Assembly (NCBI GenBank): GCA_015069165.1
Contig: SVJD01000004.1
Coordinates: 4,091-68,090, forward strand
DNA: 64,000 nucleotides
Direction: 5' to 3'
Origin: Oscillospiraceae bacterium
GTDB taxonomy: Bacteria; Bacillota; Clostridia; UBA1212; UBA1255
Shown: positions 16,570 through 26,701 of the stretch, piece by piece
Layout of the letters: each line of letters begins with the position of its first letter
How positions within the stretch are numbered: position 1 is the first letter of the stretch
Position numbers and translations under genes: made by a program
Notes under the pieces: model-generated
The model's database searches: none
What the model was told of the DNA's origin: nothing
The model's input: only the letters and a program-made list of their open reading frames with translations

Positions 16570-17529
16570 ATGATTGAAATAAAAAATCTCACAAAGCGGT
16601 ATGGACAGATACCGGCTGTAAACGACATATCGCTTACAATAAAAAAAGGCGAGATTTTAGGATTCCTCGGACCGAACGGTGCCGGTAAATCTACAACAAT
16701 GAATATTCTCACAGGATATTTGGCTGCGACTTCGGGAACGGTTTCCATTGATGGATTTGATATTATGGATTCTCCCCAAGAGGCAAAAAAGCGCATTGGT
16801 TATTTACCTGAGTTGCCGCCGCTTTACCAAGATATGACAGTAAACGAATATCTTAAATTTATTTCAGAGCTTAAAAGTGTCCCTCTCAAACAGCGTAAAC
16901 GCCAACTTGATGAAATTTTATATCTCGTAAAGCTTGGCGATATGCAAAATCGTCTTATAAAAAATCTTTCAAAAGGTTATAAACAAAGAGTTGGTGTGGC
17001 TCAGGCTTTGGTAGGAAATCCGCAAGTCCTTGTACTGGACGAGCCTACCGTAGGACTTGACCCCAAACAGATAATCGAAATAAGAAAATTGATAGGTGCT
17101 TTAAGACACGAACATACAATTATATTAAGTACACACATTTTGCAGGAAGTTAATGCAGTTTGCAGCAATGTTGCAGTAATAAATAAAGGAAAACTCGTGG
17201 CATCCGGATCGGTTTCCGACTTTACTGCATCGGAAGGTACGGTAAATAAGTTTGTTATAAGTGTGGTAGGTACACCGTCAAGAACAGAAGCGCAAAATGT
17301 ACTTAAAGAAGTAGACGGTATTCGCCGTGTTGATTTTATAAGAGTTGACAAAGATGCGTATATATTCAACATTGAATCTGAACGCAACAGTGACGTAAGA
17401 CGAGGTGTGTTTAACGCTCTCGCTCACAACAATATGGCGATAATCGAACTCAGACCTGTGGGCAGAACTCTCGAAGAAATCTTTATTGATATTGTAAGCA
17501 ACGAGCAAGGCTCGGAGCAAGAGCAGTAA
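16570..17529 (+). CDS. ABC transporter ATP-binding protein (ABC-2 / GldA-like)
   Basis: Walker A 'GPNGAGKST', signature 'LSKGYKQR', Walker B 'LVLDEPT'. Confidence 0.9.
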   Translation: MIEIKNLTKRYGQIPAVNDISLTIKKGEILGFLGPNGAGKSTTMNILTGYLAATSGTVSIDGFDIMDSPQEAKKRIGYLPELPPLYQDMTVNEYLKFISELKSVPLKQRKRQLDEILYLVKLGDMQNRLIKNLSKGYKQRVGVAQALVGNPQVLVLDEPTVGLDPKQIIEIRKLIGALRHEHTIILSTHILQEVNAVCSNVAVINKGKLVASGSVSDFTASEGTVNKFVISVVGTPSRTEAQNVLKEVDGIRRVDFIRVDKDAYIFNIESERNSDVRRGVFNALAHNNMAIIELRPVGRTLEEIFIDIVSNEQGSEQEQ

Positions 17530-17543
17530 GCGGAGGTGTTTTT

Positions 17544-18257
17544 ATGTTAACTATTTATAAAAGAGAAATGGGTTCATATTTCCGTTCGCCTGTTGCGTAT
17601 TGCATTATAGGCTTCTTTATGGCGATAGTGGGTTTGATGTTTTGGGTGAATTCTATATTGCAAGCTTCTGCACAGTTTTCTACAACATTGAGCTCGATTG
17701 GCGTGTATTTGACATTTATTATACCGATTATAACAATGAGACTTTTGGCAGATGAAAAGAAAAACGGAACGGAAGTTTTATTAAGAACTTGCCCTGTTCC
17801 CATGTGGAAAATTGTACTTGGCAAATATCTTTCGGCGGTAACATTGTTCCTTGTTATGGTAGTTTTGTCGTGTATTTACCCTATTTTAATTGCTTTTCTC
17901 GTTGAAGAAGGTGCAGTGGTGGGCTCTGCACAAGATTTTGGCAGTTATATAGGTTTCTTTATGTTGGGAATGGCATATTTGGCAGTGAGCCTTTTCGTAT
18001 CTTCGTTTACGGAAAGTCAGTCGGTAGCCGCAGTTTCCGGCATAGTAGTATTGCTTATTTTATTTTTCCTGCAATCAATCGGAGCTTCTTTGGGAACAAG
18101 CTTCGGAGCAGTTTTGCAATGGTTTGCGCCGCTTACAAGGTACAGTGACTTTATGGTAGGCGCATTTAACATAGCATCTCTTATTTTCTATTTTACTTTT
18201 TCTGCTATGTTTGTATTTTTGACATATGTAAACCTTGAAAGGAAAAGAGTAATATGA
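17544..18257 (+). CDS. ABC-2 family transporter permease (GldF-like)
   Basis: Six-TM protein directly after the ATPase gene. It overlaps the next gene through ATGA. Confidence 0.75.
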   Translation: MLTIYKREMGSYFRSPVAYCIIGFFMAIVGLMFWVNSILQASAQFSTTLSSIGVYLTFIIPIITMRLLADEKKNGTEVLLRTCPVPMWKIVLGKYLSAVTLFLVMVVLSCIYPILIAFLVEEGAVVGSAQDFGSYIGFFMLGMAYLAVSLFVSSFTESQSVAAVSGIVVLLILFFLQSIGASLGTSFGAVLQWFAPLTRYSDFMVGAFNIASLIFYFTFSAMFVFLTYVNLERKRVI

Positions 18258-19714
18258 GTAAAAATAAAGATAAATCAGGTACATTTAAAAAGCGTATTAA
18301 TTACAGCGTAGGTTATGTTCTGCTCGTTGTAGCCATAGTTGTTGTTTTCATATTGGTAAACATCATAGTTGAACAACTTCCCATGACACTTGACTTTACG
18401 ACAAATGAGCAATTTTCAATAACAGAAGAAACAGAAACGCTTTTAGACGGTCTTAAAGAAGACGTAGAAATTATAGCTCTTTATGACAGAGTAAAAGGCG
18501 AAGCTGATACAAAACAAGCGGAAGTAATCAGAATTCTTGACATTTATGACAATTATGACCATATAGATGTTTCTTATGTGTCTTTGAATGATAATCCTAA
18601 CATAGTAAATGATTCTGTAGGTGCTGTTGCCGGAGCATCGTATGCAGAGGGCGACTATATAGTAAAAAGTGCCAAGAGAAACAGAAGGATTGCTGCAGAC
18701 GAAATGTTCGAGACGGAAATCGGTTATGTTGCAGACATTTTGCCGATGTCGTACACAACAGGCAACAAAACAGAACAAAGAGTAAGTACAGCAATCAAAT
18801 ATGTAACATTGGATATTATCCCGAATCTTTATGTTTCTACCGGACTTCAAGAAAATTCAAAAGAAAATTACGGCGTGATTTTCGAAGATATTGATAAAAT
18901 GAATATTAATGTTAAAGAAACTGACCTTTCAAAACTTACTAAGATGCCTGAAGATGCCGGAATGCTTGTATTCCTCAGTCCTAAAAGAGATCTTTCTCAG
19001 ACAGAATACGATATGCTTCATCAGTGGTTATCATACGACGGCGGAATGATTTTTATAGCCTTTGATTCGGATATGACAGGAACACCGATGACACGTTTCA
19101 ATAAGTTACTTTCTGAACTTTACGGAATGGAAATCAGAAATGACATTGTTTCTGATGATGAAAATTACCAGATTACTGCAGCGGCGAAACCTACAGTAAT
19201 AACGGCATCGGCGATGAAATACGGACCTTTTGAGGCAAATCCGCTTACAAAAACATTTATTTCTTATGATTCAAGAAGTATTAACTTATTAAATACTACT
19301 GATTACTTTGAAACACATCCTTTGATTCAGACATCAAAAACAGGTAAAAGTACAGCGTATGTCACAGGTGAGGAGATTACGGGAATAACGACACTTGCGG
19401 CTTGCGGAGAGTTTTATCCTAATACAAAGCACTCAAAGGCAGTTGTGCTTGGTTCCGGTCTTGGTTTAACTGATGAATACATCCAAAAATATGCAGATTC
19501 ATCTTCTGAGTTAACATTCCTTTATTGTGTGGATTGGATGATGGGCGAGAATGCGATGGAATCTTTGAAAATTGAAGCCAAAACATACAACACAACAACT
19601 GTAACAGTGGATAAAACACAAAGCAAATGGATATTTGCATTTTCCGTAATTATTTATCCTCTTTCAATTATTGGTATTGGTGTGTTTGTCTGGGTTAGAA
19701 GACGCCATTTGTGA
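18254..19714 (+). CDS. GldG-family ABC-transport auxiliary protein
   Basis: N- and C-terminal TM anchors flank a large extracytoplasmic domain. The position after the ABC-2 permease is typical of GldG-like proteins. Confidence 0.6.
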   Translation: MSKNKDKSGTFKKRINYSVGYVLLVVAIVVVFILVNIIVEQLPMTLDFTTNEQFSITEETETLLDGLKEDVEIIALYDRVKGEADTKQAEVIRILDIYDNYDHIDVSYVSLNDNPNIVNDSVGAVAGASYAEGDYIVKSAKRNRRIAADEMFETEIGYVADILPMSYTTGNKTEQRVSTAIKYVTLDIIPNLYVSTGLQENSKENYGVIFEDIDKMNINVKETDLSKLTKMPEDAGMLVFLSPKRDLSQTEYDMLHQWLSYDGGMIFIAFDSDMTGTPMTRFNKLLSELYGMEIRNDIVSDDENYQITAAAKPTVITASAMKYGPFEANPLTKTFISYDSRSINLLNTTDYFETHPLIQTSKTGKSTAYVTGEEITGITTLAACGEFYPNTKHSKAVVLGSGLGLTDEYIQKYADSSSELTFLYCVDWMMGENAMESLKIEAKTYNTTTVTVDKTQSKWIFAFSVIIYPLSIIGIGVFVWVRRRHL

Positions 19715-19733
19715 TTTTTGAAAGGGTGCATTT

Positions 19734-21158
19734 ATGAAACAGTATAAAACCACAATCATTTCATTAGTTGTAATCGTTGTTGTGTTGGTTGGCTTTTTTG
19801 TGGCATCGTCATTAATTGATAAAAACAAAACAGAACCTGAGGCAACACCTACAGAAACAATAGAAACTGAGAGCGTTTTCGGTTTTTATTCAATCAACGA
19901 AATACAGTCCTATGAGTGCAACATTGTAGATGATATAAAATTACAAAGAGATAGCAGCGGTGGTTGGTTGTGCACGACGCACGAGGACATTGATTTGTAT
20001 ACAGCAGGCATAAATACAGCGTTAAACTCTGTAAAGTCTTGTAAAGCGGCATCTGTTTATGAAGGTGAAATAACAGATGAAGTCATCAAAAATTACGAAA
20101 TATCAAGAACGGAGCAAATCAAAATAACACTCAAAGACGGTAAAACATATACACTTCGTTTCGGAATGCAAAAGCCGGGAGAGTCGATGTATTTTGCGGC
20201 GGTAATGGAAAAAGAAAAAGTTTACCTTATAAACAGCACTTATAAAAATTCCGCTACGCTTACTTTGGAAAATCTTTTATATACGCAAATATTTAATTTT
20301 AATGATCCGGGCAAGATAAAAACTGTTGAGATTTATAAAAAAGGCGACTTGTTTATGACACTTAACAGCGAATTCACAGAAGATAGCAGAACTTGGAAAA
20401 TGAAATATCCTCTTGAACGTCCCGGCGACGATTCTTATATAGAGGAACTTTTATCTGCTGCAACATCGTTGTTTACTTCCGAATATATAGAGGGAAATTG
20501 TGAAGATTTAGCGAAATACGGTCTTGATAAACCTGCTTATGAGTTAGTGCTTACAGACAATAAAGGTACGCAAACACTTTCTGTTGGAAACAGAGTGCCT
20601 CAAGGAGGAGAGTTCTATTGTATTTTCGGCGGAGAAAAAAATGTATTTACAATATCAATGGAAGCCATAGCGTTTACCGATGACTCCGTTTTGAAATATA
20701 TGAATCCCAATATATTTAACAGAATGTATACAACTCTTGAATCTATAAAAGTAGAAATTACTTGCGGTGATATAAACGAAACATTCACCATGGGTTATGA
20801 TATTTGGGAAGACGGAGAGCAACTTTACTTTAACGAAAAACCGTTGCCGGACGATTACGACACGATAAGAGCATTCAGAAGAATGAATACAGCAGTATAT
20901 TCACTGGATCTTGTGGGCTTGGAGCCTGAGCCGGAAGAAAAAGGCAAGCTCCTGATAAGAATAACCTACACAATGTTAGAAACAGGCGAGGTTGTTGTCG
21001 TTGAAGGATACCAAAGAGACGAAACTATAATGAGCCTTTATGAAAACGGTGTATATTGCGGTGGTTATGATTATATAAGACAGATAACCGGTGACAATAA
21101 CAGCTACGGAATTATGGGCACAATGGAGAATTTCAAAACTATTTCAGGCATGAAATAA
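19734..21158 (+). CDS. DUF4340-like membrane-anchored extracytoplasmic protein
   Basis: N-terminal TM plus repeated beta-rich modules. It occupies the canonical fourth position of ABC/ABC-2/GldG/DUF4340 operons. Confidence 0.5.
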   Translation: MKQYKTTIISLVVIVVVLVGFFVASSLIDKNKTEPEATPTETIETESVFGFYSINEIQSYECNIVDDIKLQRDSSGGWLCTTHEDIDLYTAGINTALNSVKSCKAASVYEGEITDEVIKNYEISRTEQIKITLKDGKTYTLRFGMQKPGESMYFAAVMEKEKVYLINSTYKNSATLTLENLLYTQIFNFNDPGKIKTVEIYKKGDLFMTLNSEFTEDSRTWKMKYPLERPGDDSYIEELLSAATSLFTSEYIEGNCEDLAKYGLDKPAYELVLTDNKGTQTLSVGNRVPQGGEFYCIFGGEKNVFTISMEAIAFTDDSVLKYMNPNIFNRMYTTLESIKVEITCGDINETFTMGYDIWEDGEQLYFNEKPLPDDYDTIRAFRRMNTAVYSLDLVGLEPEPEEKGKLLIRITYTMLETGEVVVVEGYQRDETIMSLYENGVYCGGYDYIRQITGDNNSYGIMGTMENFKTISGMK

Positions 21159-21286
21159 AGCAAACACACATAAAATTTACGGAATGGCATTGAAAAGGGC
21201 TGTTTCCCATAAAGAAATCGTTTATAATCGGCGCCGTTTATCTTTCTGCGATTCTCGGCGCCGGTTTTGCTACAGGAAGGGAGATT

Positions 21287-22204
21287 ATGACATATTTTGC
21301 CTGTTTTGGATATGCGGGCTTGATAGGTCTTTTTTTCTCTTGTGCGTTAATTGCATTTTGCGGTGCAAAAGCACTGCTGATTGTAAAAGAAAACAATATA
21401 GAAGGACCGCATGCTTTAAACAAGAAAATCGGCGGTAAAATCGGAGGAAGACTTTTAACTTTGTGTTGCGGGTTCTTTTCGTTTTTTGCATACGTGGTTG
21501 TGCTTTCCGGCATGAAACAAATATGCAATGAAAGTCTGATTCCTGTAATAATAGCTACCGTTTGCGCGTATATCGTTTTGTATCGCGGCTTTACGACAAT
21601 GGCTAATATTTGCGGAGTATTTGCGCCCTTGCTTGCCGGAATAATTGCGGTTATAACTCTGGCGGGAGCTTTTTCCGGTTTTGGGGACAATGTTACAAAG
21701 ACGGAAAATTATGCTTCTTTTGACTTTATGCCTGTAAAAATTTTTCTGTATGCGGGATATAATGTTCTCACGTCACTTTGCGTATTAGGCCGCGCCAAAG
21801 ATTTGCTTACAAGAAAAAGAAATGCAGTATTGGGTGGGATTTCTTGCGGAATAATGCTTTTTGTTTCCGGTGCGGCAATACTTTGCGGAATGGTTTACAG
21901 TAAAATTTCGCCGTATGCATACGAAATGCCTGTGTTGGCACTTTTTGGAAGTAAAAGCATAATAATTGAAATTATTGTTTTTACAACAATGTTTTTATCT
22001 GCAGTAACGGGTCTTACGGGAACGTGTGTTTTTTTTGAGGAATATTTGCCGCAAAGACAATTTGGCGTTTTTGTGGCTTTGGCAGCGGTGCCGCTTACAT
22101 ATATATCATTCGGACAGTTGCTTGATTTCATTTATCCTGTTTTTGGATTCGTGGGAATTTTTTTGATGATTATACTTGCGCTTTTGGGAAGTAAAAAGGT
22201 ATAA
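21287..22204 (+). CDS. ykvI: YkvI-family membrane protein (start uncertain; conserved N-terminal motif lies upstream of the first ATG)
   Basis: Polytopic protein. The same frame is open from 21194 and encodes 'KKSFIIGAVYLSAILGAGFATGREI' before ATG 21287, which matches the YkvI N-terminal 'GAGFATGxEI' motif. There is no ATG, GTG or TTG in that stretch. Confidence 0.6.
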   Translation: MTYFACFGYAGLIGLFFSCALIAFCGAKALLIVKENNIEGPHALNKKIGGKIGGRLLTLCCGFFSFFAYVVVLSGMKQICNESLIPVIIATVCAYIVLYRGFTTMANICGVFAPLLAGIIAVITLAGAFSGFGDNVTKTENYASFDFMPVKIFLYAGYNVLTSLCVLGRAKDLLTRKRNAVLGGISCGIMLFVSGAAILCGMVYSKISPYAYEMPVLALFGSKSIIIEIIVFTTMFLSAVTGLTGTCVFFEEYLPQRQFGVFVALAAVPLTYISFGQLLDFIYPVFGFVGIFLMIILALLGSKKV

Positions 22205-22228
22205 TGTAGAAAAGTTATTTTAGAGAGG

Positions 22229-23473
22229 TTGGAGAGAAACTTGCCTAATACAAAAGATGTCAACGAAGAAACAAAAGTTATAAATAATACAGAAATTGAT
22301 AAACGCCGTGAAAATAAAAAGAACACAAAGATGCGAATAACAATCGTTTGCGTTGCTGCAGCGGTTTTTGTTTTTCTCGTTATCTTCTTCGCAATGGGCG
22401 GATATGAGAAAATATTGGACTTTGTGGGAATAGAAAGCGATGTTTCCGTAACACCTACCGTTATTTCTATAGAAGCTCAAATAAAAGGTAATGTTATACT
22501 TGCGGGGAATCAAGGAACTACAATTGTATACGATGAACAAGGTGTGACAGGATATGGCACAGACGGCAAATGGAAATGGAACGAAAAATGTTCCGTAAGT
22601 AATCCCGCTGTTTTCGACTGCGGAGATTTTGTTGTTGTGGCCGATGTGGGAGGTACGGCTGCGTATGCTTTTAACAAAGAAGGGCAAGTTTGGAAATACG
22701 GCAGTCAAGAAAAAATTAAATCCGTATTCGGCAAAGGCAAATATGTTTGCATAATTCACGAAGAAAAGGAGTATTCGTCGGCAGCTACCGTATATGAGTA
22801 CGATTCAAAAACATCATCACTTAAAGAAAAATTTACACGAAAATTTGGCTCGTATTATATGCTCACGGGAGCAATAAGTAACGACGGTAAACAAATGGTA
22901 CTTTCCGGAGTTTATTCGGAAAGCGGTGTTGCGAGCGGAATTATTTCTTTCTTAAGAATGTCAGACGGAGAAATTTTTTCCAACAGTAATACAGAACAAA
23001 ATGCTTATGTAAAAGTATTTTATACAGCAGATAACAAAGTTTTTGCTGTAAACAGTGATTCGGTAAAAGTGATTTATAAAACCCTCAGCGTTTCTACCGG
23101 CGATGATTACGAAAAAACGCTTTGGAGCAGAGACGGCAAACAAGAAAAGATAATTGATGCAGATATAGTTGACGGGAAGTATTGCGTAGCAGCAATAGGA
23201 AGCGAAAATTCAGTAAAAGCCGTATTGAAAGGTTTTGATTCAGATGGTGAAGAGAGTTTAAATATTGAAATAGATGGAAATATTACAGGTGTTGACTCTG
23301 TGGGAGAAACATTTATGGTTTATACACAGAAACTTGCTCACTTATACAATTCGAGAGGATTTTTGATAGGTACGGCAGAAGCGGGGTTTGCGATTTCAAA
23401 AGCGGTTTGTGCCGATAACAGACATATCGGGATTTGCGGTGAAGACAAGTTATCTGCGGCATCTTTTGAATAG
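22229..23473 (+). CDS. membrane-anchored hypothetical protein, beta-propeller-like (possibly DUF5711-type)
   Basis: Lys/Glu-rich cytoplasmic tail, one TM ('ITIVCVAAAVFVFLVIFFAMG'), then about 330 aa of repetitive beta-rich sequence. The start is uncertain (TTG 22229, or ATG 22331). Confidence 0.5.
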   Translation: MERNLPNTKDVNEETKVINNTEIDKRRENKKNTKMRITIVCVAAAVFVFLVIFFAMGGYEKILDFVGIESDVSVTPTVISIEAQIKGNVILAGNQGTTIVYDEQGVTGYGTDGKWKWNEKCSVSNPAVFDCGDFVVVADVGGTAAYAFNKEGQVWKYGSQEKIKSVFGKGKYVCIIHEEKEYSSAATVYEYDSKTSSLKEKFTRKFGSYYMLTGAISNDGKQMVLSGVYSESGVASGIISFLRMSDGEIFSNSNTEQNAYVKVFYTADNKVFAVNSDSVKVIYKTLSVSTGDDYEKTLWSRDGKQEKIIDADIVDGKYCVAAIGSENSVKAVLKGFDSDGEESLNIEIDGNITGVDSVGETFMVYTQKLAHLYNSRGFLIGTAEAGFAISKAVCADNRHIGICGEDKLSAASFE

Positions 23474-23485
23474 GGGGTTTTCTGA

Positions 23486-24169
23486 ATGTTAGTGGATATT
23501 ATTATAATTGCGCTTTTGGCATTATTTGTTTTTATAGGATGGAAAAGAGGACTTGTAATGTCTGTTTTCTTGTTGGCATCTACGATTCTTGCGATTTTTT
23601 TAGCAAGTATTTTTGCCCCTGTTGTATCTTCCGGATTGGAAAAACTGGGAGTTGCTGACAAATTGGCACCGAAGTTTTCTGCACAAGTGGAAGAAGCCAT
23701 CACAGAAGAAATAGGAGAAAATGCCGTTGTAAAAGTAGAAATTGCGGCAGATAAATTACCGCTTCCTTCTTTTGTTAAAGACGAAGTTGTACAAAAAATC
23801 GACGAAGTTGCCGATAAAGAGATTTCGGAAATTGCAGACGCGATAGGACTTGAAGCCGCTAAGATAGTTTGCGCTTTAATTGCATTCGTAATTGTATTTG
23901 TTTTGGTACTGATTCTTATGCAAGTTGTTAAAGGTGTATTGAAAATTGCTGTCAGTTTGCCGCTTGTGAAACAGGCAGATAAGATAGGCGGAATAGCAAT
24001 CGGCTTTGTTCAGGGAGCTTTGTTTATACTTGTTGCGTTGCTTCTTATATCGATATTCTCGTCATATTCTTGTATGCAAACGATTGTAAAGGAAATAGAA
24101 AAATCCACAATAACCAATTTTATATATGAAAGTAATTTAATAGGGGAATTTATTTCAAAATTATTATAA
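23486..24169 (+). CDS. cvpA: CvpA-family membrane protein
   Basis: The N-terminus 'MLVDIIIIALLALFVFIGWKRGLV' is the typical CvpA start. Four TM segments with an inserted acidic loop. Confidence 0.75.
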   Translation: MLVDIIIIALLALFVFIGWKRGLVMSVFLLASTILAIFLASIFAPVVSSGLEKLGVADKLAPKFSAQVEEAITEEIGENAVVKVEIAADKLPLPSFVKDEVVQKIDEVADKEISEIADAIGLEAAKIVCALIAFVIVFVLVLILMQVVKGVLKIAVSLPLVKQADKIGGIAIGFVQGALFILVALLLISIFSSYSCMQTIVKEIEKSTITNFIYESNLIGEFISKLL

Positions 24170-24252
24170 ATAAAGAAAAAAAGTGTTGACAAACCAATGC
24201 CGTATATGTTACATTAGTCAATGCGCTTTAGGCGATGGAGGTGTTAAGTAAC

Positions 24253-24402
24253 ATGAGAGTAAAAGTAACTATGGCTTGTACTGAGTGTAAACAAAGAAAT
24301 TACACAACAATGAAGAATAAAAAAAATAACCCTGACAGAATAGAAATGAGCAAATATTGCAAATTCTGTAAGAAACATACAGCACACAGAGAAACAAAGT
24401 AA
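24253..24402 (+). CDS. rpmG: 50S ribosomal protein L33
   Basis: Not in the ORF track (49 aa). My own translation is [49 protein letters not shown], with the CxxC...CxxC zinc ribbon. RBS GGAGGTG. It sits in the conserved position before secE. Confidence 0.95.
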   Translation: MRVKVTMACTECKQRNYTTMKNKKNNPDRIEMSKYCKFCKKHTAHRETK

Positions 24403-24487
24403 GATTTTTCTGATTAGGTGTTAATGAAACGGTAGCTTTTATAAAACAATCGGCTGCCGGTGGTTATAAATTAAGGATGTGTTCATA

Positions 24488-24724
24488 ATGGCTAATGACA
24501 AAAAAGAAAAGAAACCTAATTTCTTTAAAAGAGCAGGCAAAGCAATTGCAGGTTTCTTTAAAGGAATTGTTTCTGAAATTAAAAAAGTAACATGGCCTAC
24601 AAAGAAGCAGGTTGTATCCAATACGCTTTCAGTTTTGGCTTTTTGTTTGGTTGTGGGAGTTATTATTTGGCTCTCAGACTTTGGTCTTGATGCATTGATG
24701 AGCTTGATTTCAAGATTAAGCTGA
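24488..24724 (+). CDS. secE: preprotein translocase subunit SecE
   Basis: 'IVSEIKKVTWPTKKQVVSNTLSVLAFCLVVGVIIW' is the SecE core. It lies between rpmG and nusG. Confidence 0.9.
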   Translation: MANDKKEKKPNFFKRAGKAIAGFFKGIVSEIKKVTWPTKKQVVSNTLSVLAFCLVVGVIIWLSDFGLDALMSLISRLS

Positions 24725-24791
24725 TAGAGTATCATTTCCGTAGACAAGCAAAAACAGTTAATTCAAGTAAAGCAAGGAGAGGAGGACAATC

Positions 24792-25325
24792 ATGTTTTTG
24801 GAGGATGTTTCGAGCGAGCCCATGTGGTATGTAGTGCATACTTATTCAGGCTACGAAGATAAAGTTAAAAAAAGTCTTGAAACAGTTATAAAAAACAGAG
24901 GAATGCAGGATTATTTCTTTGATATTATCATTCCTATGTTAGAAGAAGTTGAAATTAAAGATGGACGTGAGAAGTCTGCTCTTAAGAAGATATTCCCGGG
25001 ATATGTCCTCGTTAAGATGATTCTTACCGATGACACATGGTACATTGTGCGTAACATCAGAGGTGTTACGAGTTTCGTTGGATTCGGAAACAAACCTCAG
25101 AGTTTGACAGACGAAGAAGTATGTGCATTGGGTGTAGATCAGACAAAAACAGTCGATTACGAGATTGGAGATACAGTACGTATCATTTCCGGTCCGTTGG
25201 AAAATTTCACAGGTGTGGTTGAAAGCATTAATGTTGAAAAATCACAAGTTAAAGTTCTCGTTTCAATGTTCGGACGAGAGATTTCTGCGGAATTGGAATA
25301 TTCTCAAATTCAGAGAATATTTTAA
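24792..25325 (+). CDS. nusG: transcription termination/antitermination factor NusG
   Basis: 'WYVVHTYSGYEDKVKKSLE', 'FPGYVLVKM', and the KOW motif 'GDTVRIISGPLENFTGVVESI'. Confidence 0.95.
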   Translation: MFLEDVSSEPMWYVVHTYSGYEDKVKKSLETVIKNRGMQDYFFDIIIPMLEEVEIKDGREKSALKKIFPGYVLVKMILTDDTWYIVRNIRGVTSFVGFGNKPQSLTDEEVCALGVDQTKTVDYEIGDTVRIISGPLENFTGVVESINVEKSQVKVLVSMFGREISAELEYSQIQRIF

Positions 25326-25367
25326 TTATAAATTTTTTGTTTCTTAAATTTTTTGGGAGGTGGAAAC

Positions 25368-25793
25368 ATGGCTAAAAAAGTAGTAGCATTGGTAAAGTTG
25401 CAGATTCCGGCAGGAAAGGCTGCACCGACACCACCGGTTGGACCAGCATTGGGTCAGCATGGCCTTAACATCATGGGTTTCTGTAAGGAATTCAACGACA
25501 GAACTAAGAACGATGCAGGATTGATTATTCCTGTTGTTATCACAGTTTATGCCGATAAGACGTTTTCATTCATTACAAAAACTCCTCCTGCAGCAGTTCT
25601 TTTAAAGAAAGCTTGCAAGATTGAGACCGGCTCAGGTAAACCTAACCGTGACAAAGTTGCAAAGATCTCTAAAGCAGATCTTTTAAAGATTGCAGAGCAG
25701 AAAATGCCCGATATGAACGCAGGTTCAGTTGAAGCAGCTGCAAGCATGCTGGCAGGTACAGCAAGAAGTATGGGTATAGTTGTAGAAGGCTAA
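25368..25793 (+). CDS. rplK: 50S ribosomal protein L11
   Basis: '[43 protein letters not shown]'. Confidence 0.97.
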   Translation: MAKKVVALVKLQIPAGKAAPTPPVGPALGQHGLNIMGFCKEFNDRTKNDAGLIIPVVITVYADKTFSFITKTPPAAVLLKKACKIETGSGKPNRDKVAKISKADLLKIAEQKMPDMNAGSVEAAASMLAGTARSMGIVVEG

Positions 25794-25827
25794 TCCCCCG
25801 GAATTTTTGTAAAGGAGTGTGAACAAC

Positions 25828-26517
25828 GTGTTCAGAGGTAAAAAATATCAAGATAGTGCTAAACTCATAGATAGCGCAAAACTTTATGATCCTTCCGAGG
25901 CTCTTGGTTTGGTAGTTCAGACTGCAAAAGCTAAATTTGATGAAACTGTAGAAGTTCATATCAGACTTGGCGTTGACTCAAGACATGCGGATCAGCAAGT
26001 TAGAGGTGCCGTAGTTCTTCCTAACGGTACAGGTAAAACAACTAAAGTTCTTGTTTTTGCTAAAGGAGATAAAGCTGCTGAGGCAGAAGCTGCAGGTGCG
26101 GATTTTGTCGGCGCAGAGGATCTCGTAGCAAAGATTCAAGGTGAAAATTGGTTTGGTTTTGATGTAGTTGTTGCTACACCTGATATGATGGGTCTTGTAG
26201 GCCGTCTCGGTAAAGTACTCGGACCTAAAGGCTTAATGCCTAACCCTAAAGCAGGTACAGTTACAATGGATGTTAAAAAAGCCATTGAAGAATTGAAAGC
26301 CGGTAAGATTGAATATCGTTTGGATAAAACGAACATTATTCATTGCCCCTTGGGAAAAGCTTCTTTCGGTGCAGACAAGTTGATGGAAAACTATACTACT
26401 CTTTATGATGCAGTATTGAAAGCTAAACCTTCAGCTGCAAAAGGTCAGTACATGAAGAGCATTGTTATTTCAACAACAATGGGCCCCGGAATAAAAATTA
26501 ACCCTGCAAAGGCTTAA
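25828..26517 (+). CDS. rplA: 50S ribosomal protein L1
   Basis: 'GKKYQD...[30 protein letters not shown]'. GTG 25828 lies 10 nt after AAAGGAG; the track's GTG 25819 is too close to the RBS. Confidence 0.95.
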   Translation: MFRGKKYQDSAKLIDSAKLYDPSEALGLVVQTAKAKFDETVEVHIRLGVDSRHADQQVRGAVVLPNGTGKTTKVLVFAKGDKAAEAEAAGADFVGAEDLVAKIQGENWFGFDVVVATPDMMGLVGRLGKVLGPKGLMPNPKAGTVTMDVKKAIEELKAGKIEYRLDKTNIIHCPLGKASFGADKLMENYTTLYDAVLKAKPSAAKGQYMKSIVISTTMGPGIKINPAKA

Positions 26518-26520
26518 TAA

Positions 26521-26701
26521 TTTCGGTATGTTGCAATAAAAACAGAATACATTTTGCCGAAGACAGCGGGCATCGCTATTGCGAGTAAGGCCGGCCGAGG
26601 TTAATTGATTTACAGATCTTTACCCTTTTGTGTCTTTGGCGCAAAAGGGTTTTCTGATTTTATAGATGATGGGACAATTTGATAAGGAGGTGTTTGTAAG
26701 G
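26521..26701 (+). promoter_or_regulatory. ribosomal protein L10 leader (rplJL autoregulatory leader) with attenuator hairpin
   Basis: A 180-nt structured gap precedes rplJ. It has the helix UUCGGU...GCCGAA, a GC-rich core 'GGCCGGCCGAGG', and the hairpin CCCUUUUG-N11-CAAAAGGG followed by UUUUCU (26623-26655). Confidence 0.6.

Noticed and set aside
21184-21438. An 84-aa ORF (MALKRAVSHKE...) overlapping the ykvI 5' region.
   Set aside because: It is Arg/Cys-rich and out of frame relative to the conserved YkvI sequence. Only its ATG matters, as a possible pre-frameshift start (see the ykvI finding).
22220-22759. A 179-aa minus-strand ORF overlapping the start of the 22229-23473 gene.
   Set aside because: The + strand ORF is much longer (414 aa) and has a sensible TM-plus-beta-rich architecture. 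The minus ORF is Phe/Cys/Asn-rich with no SD.
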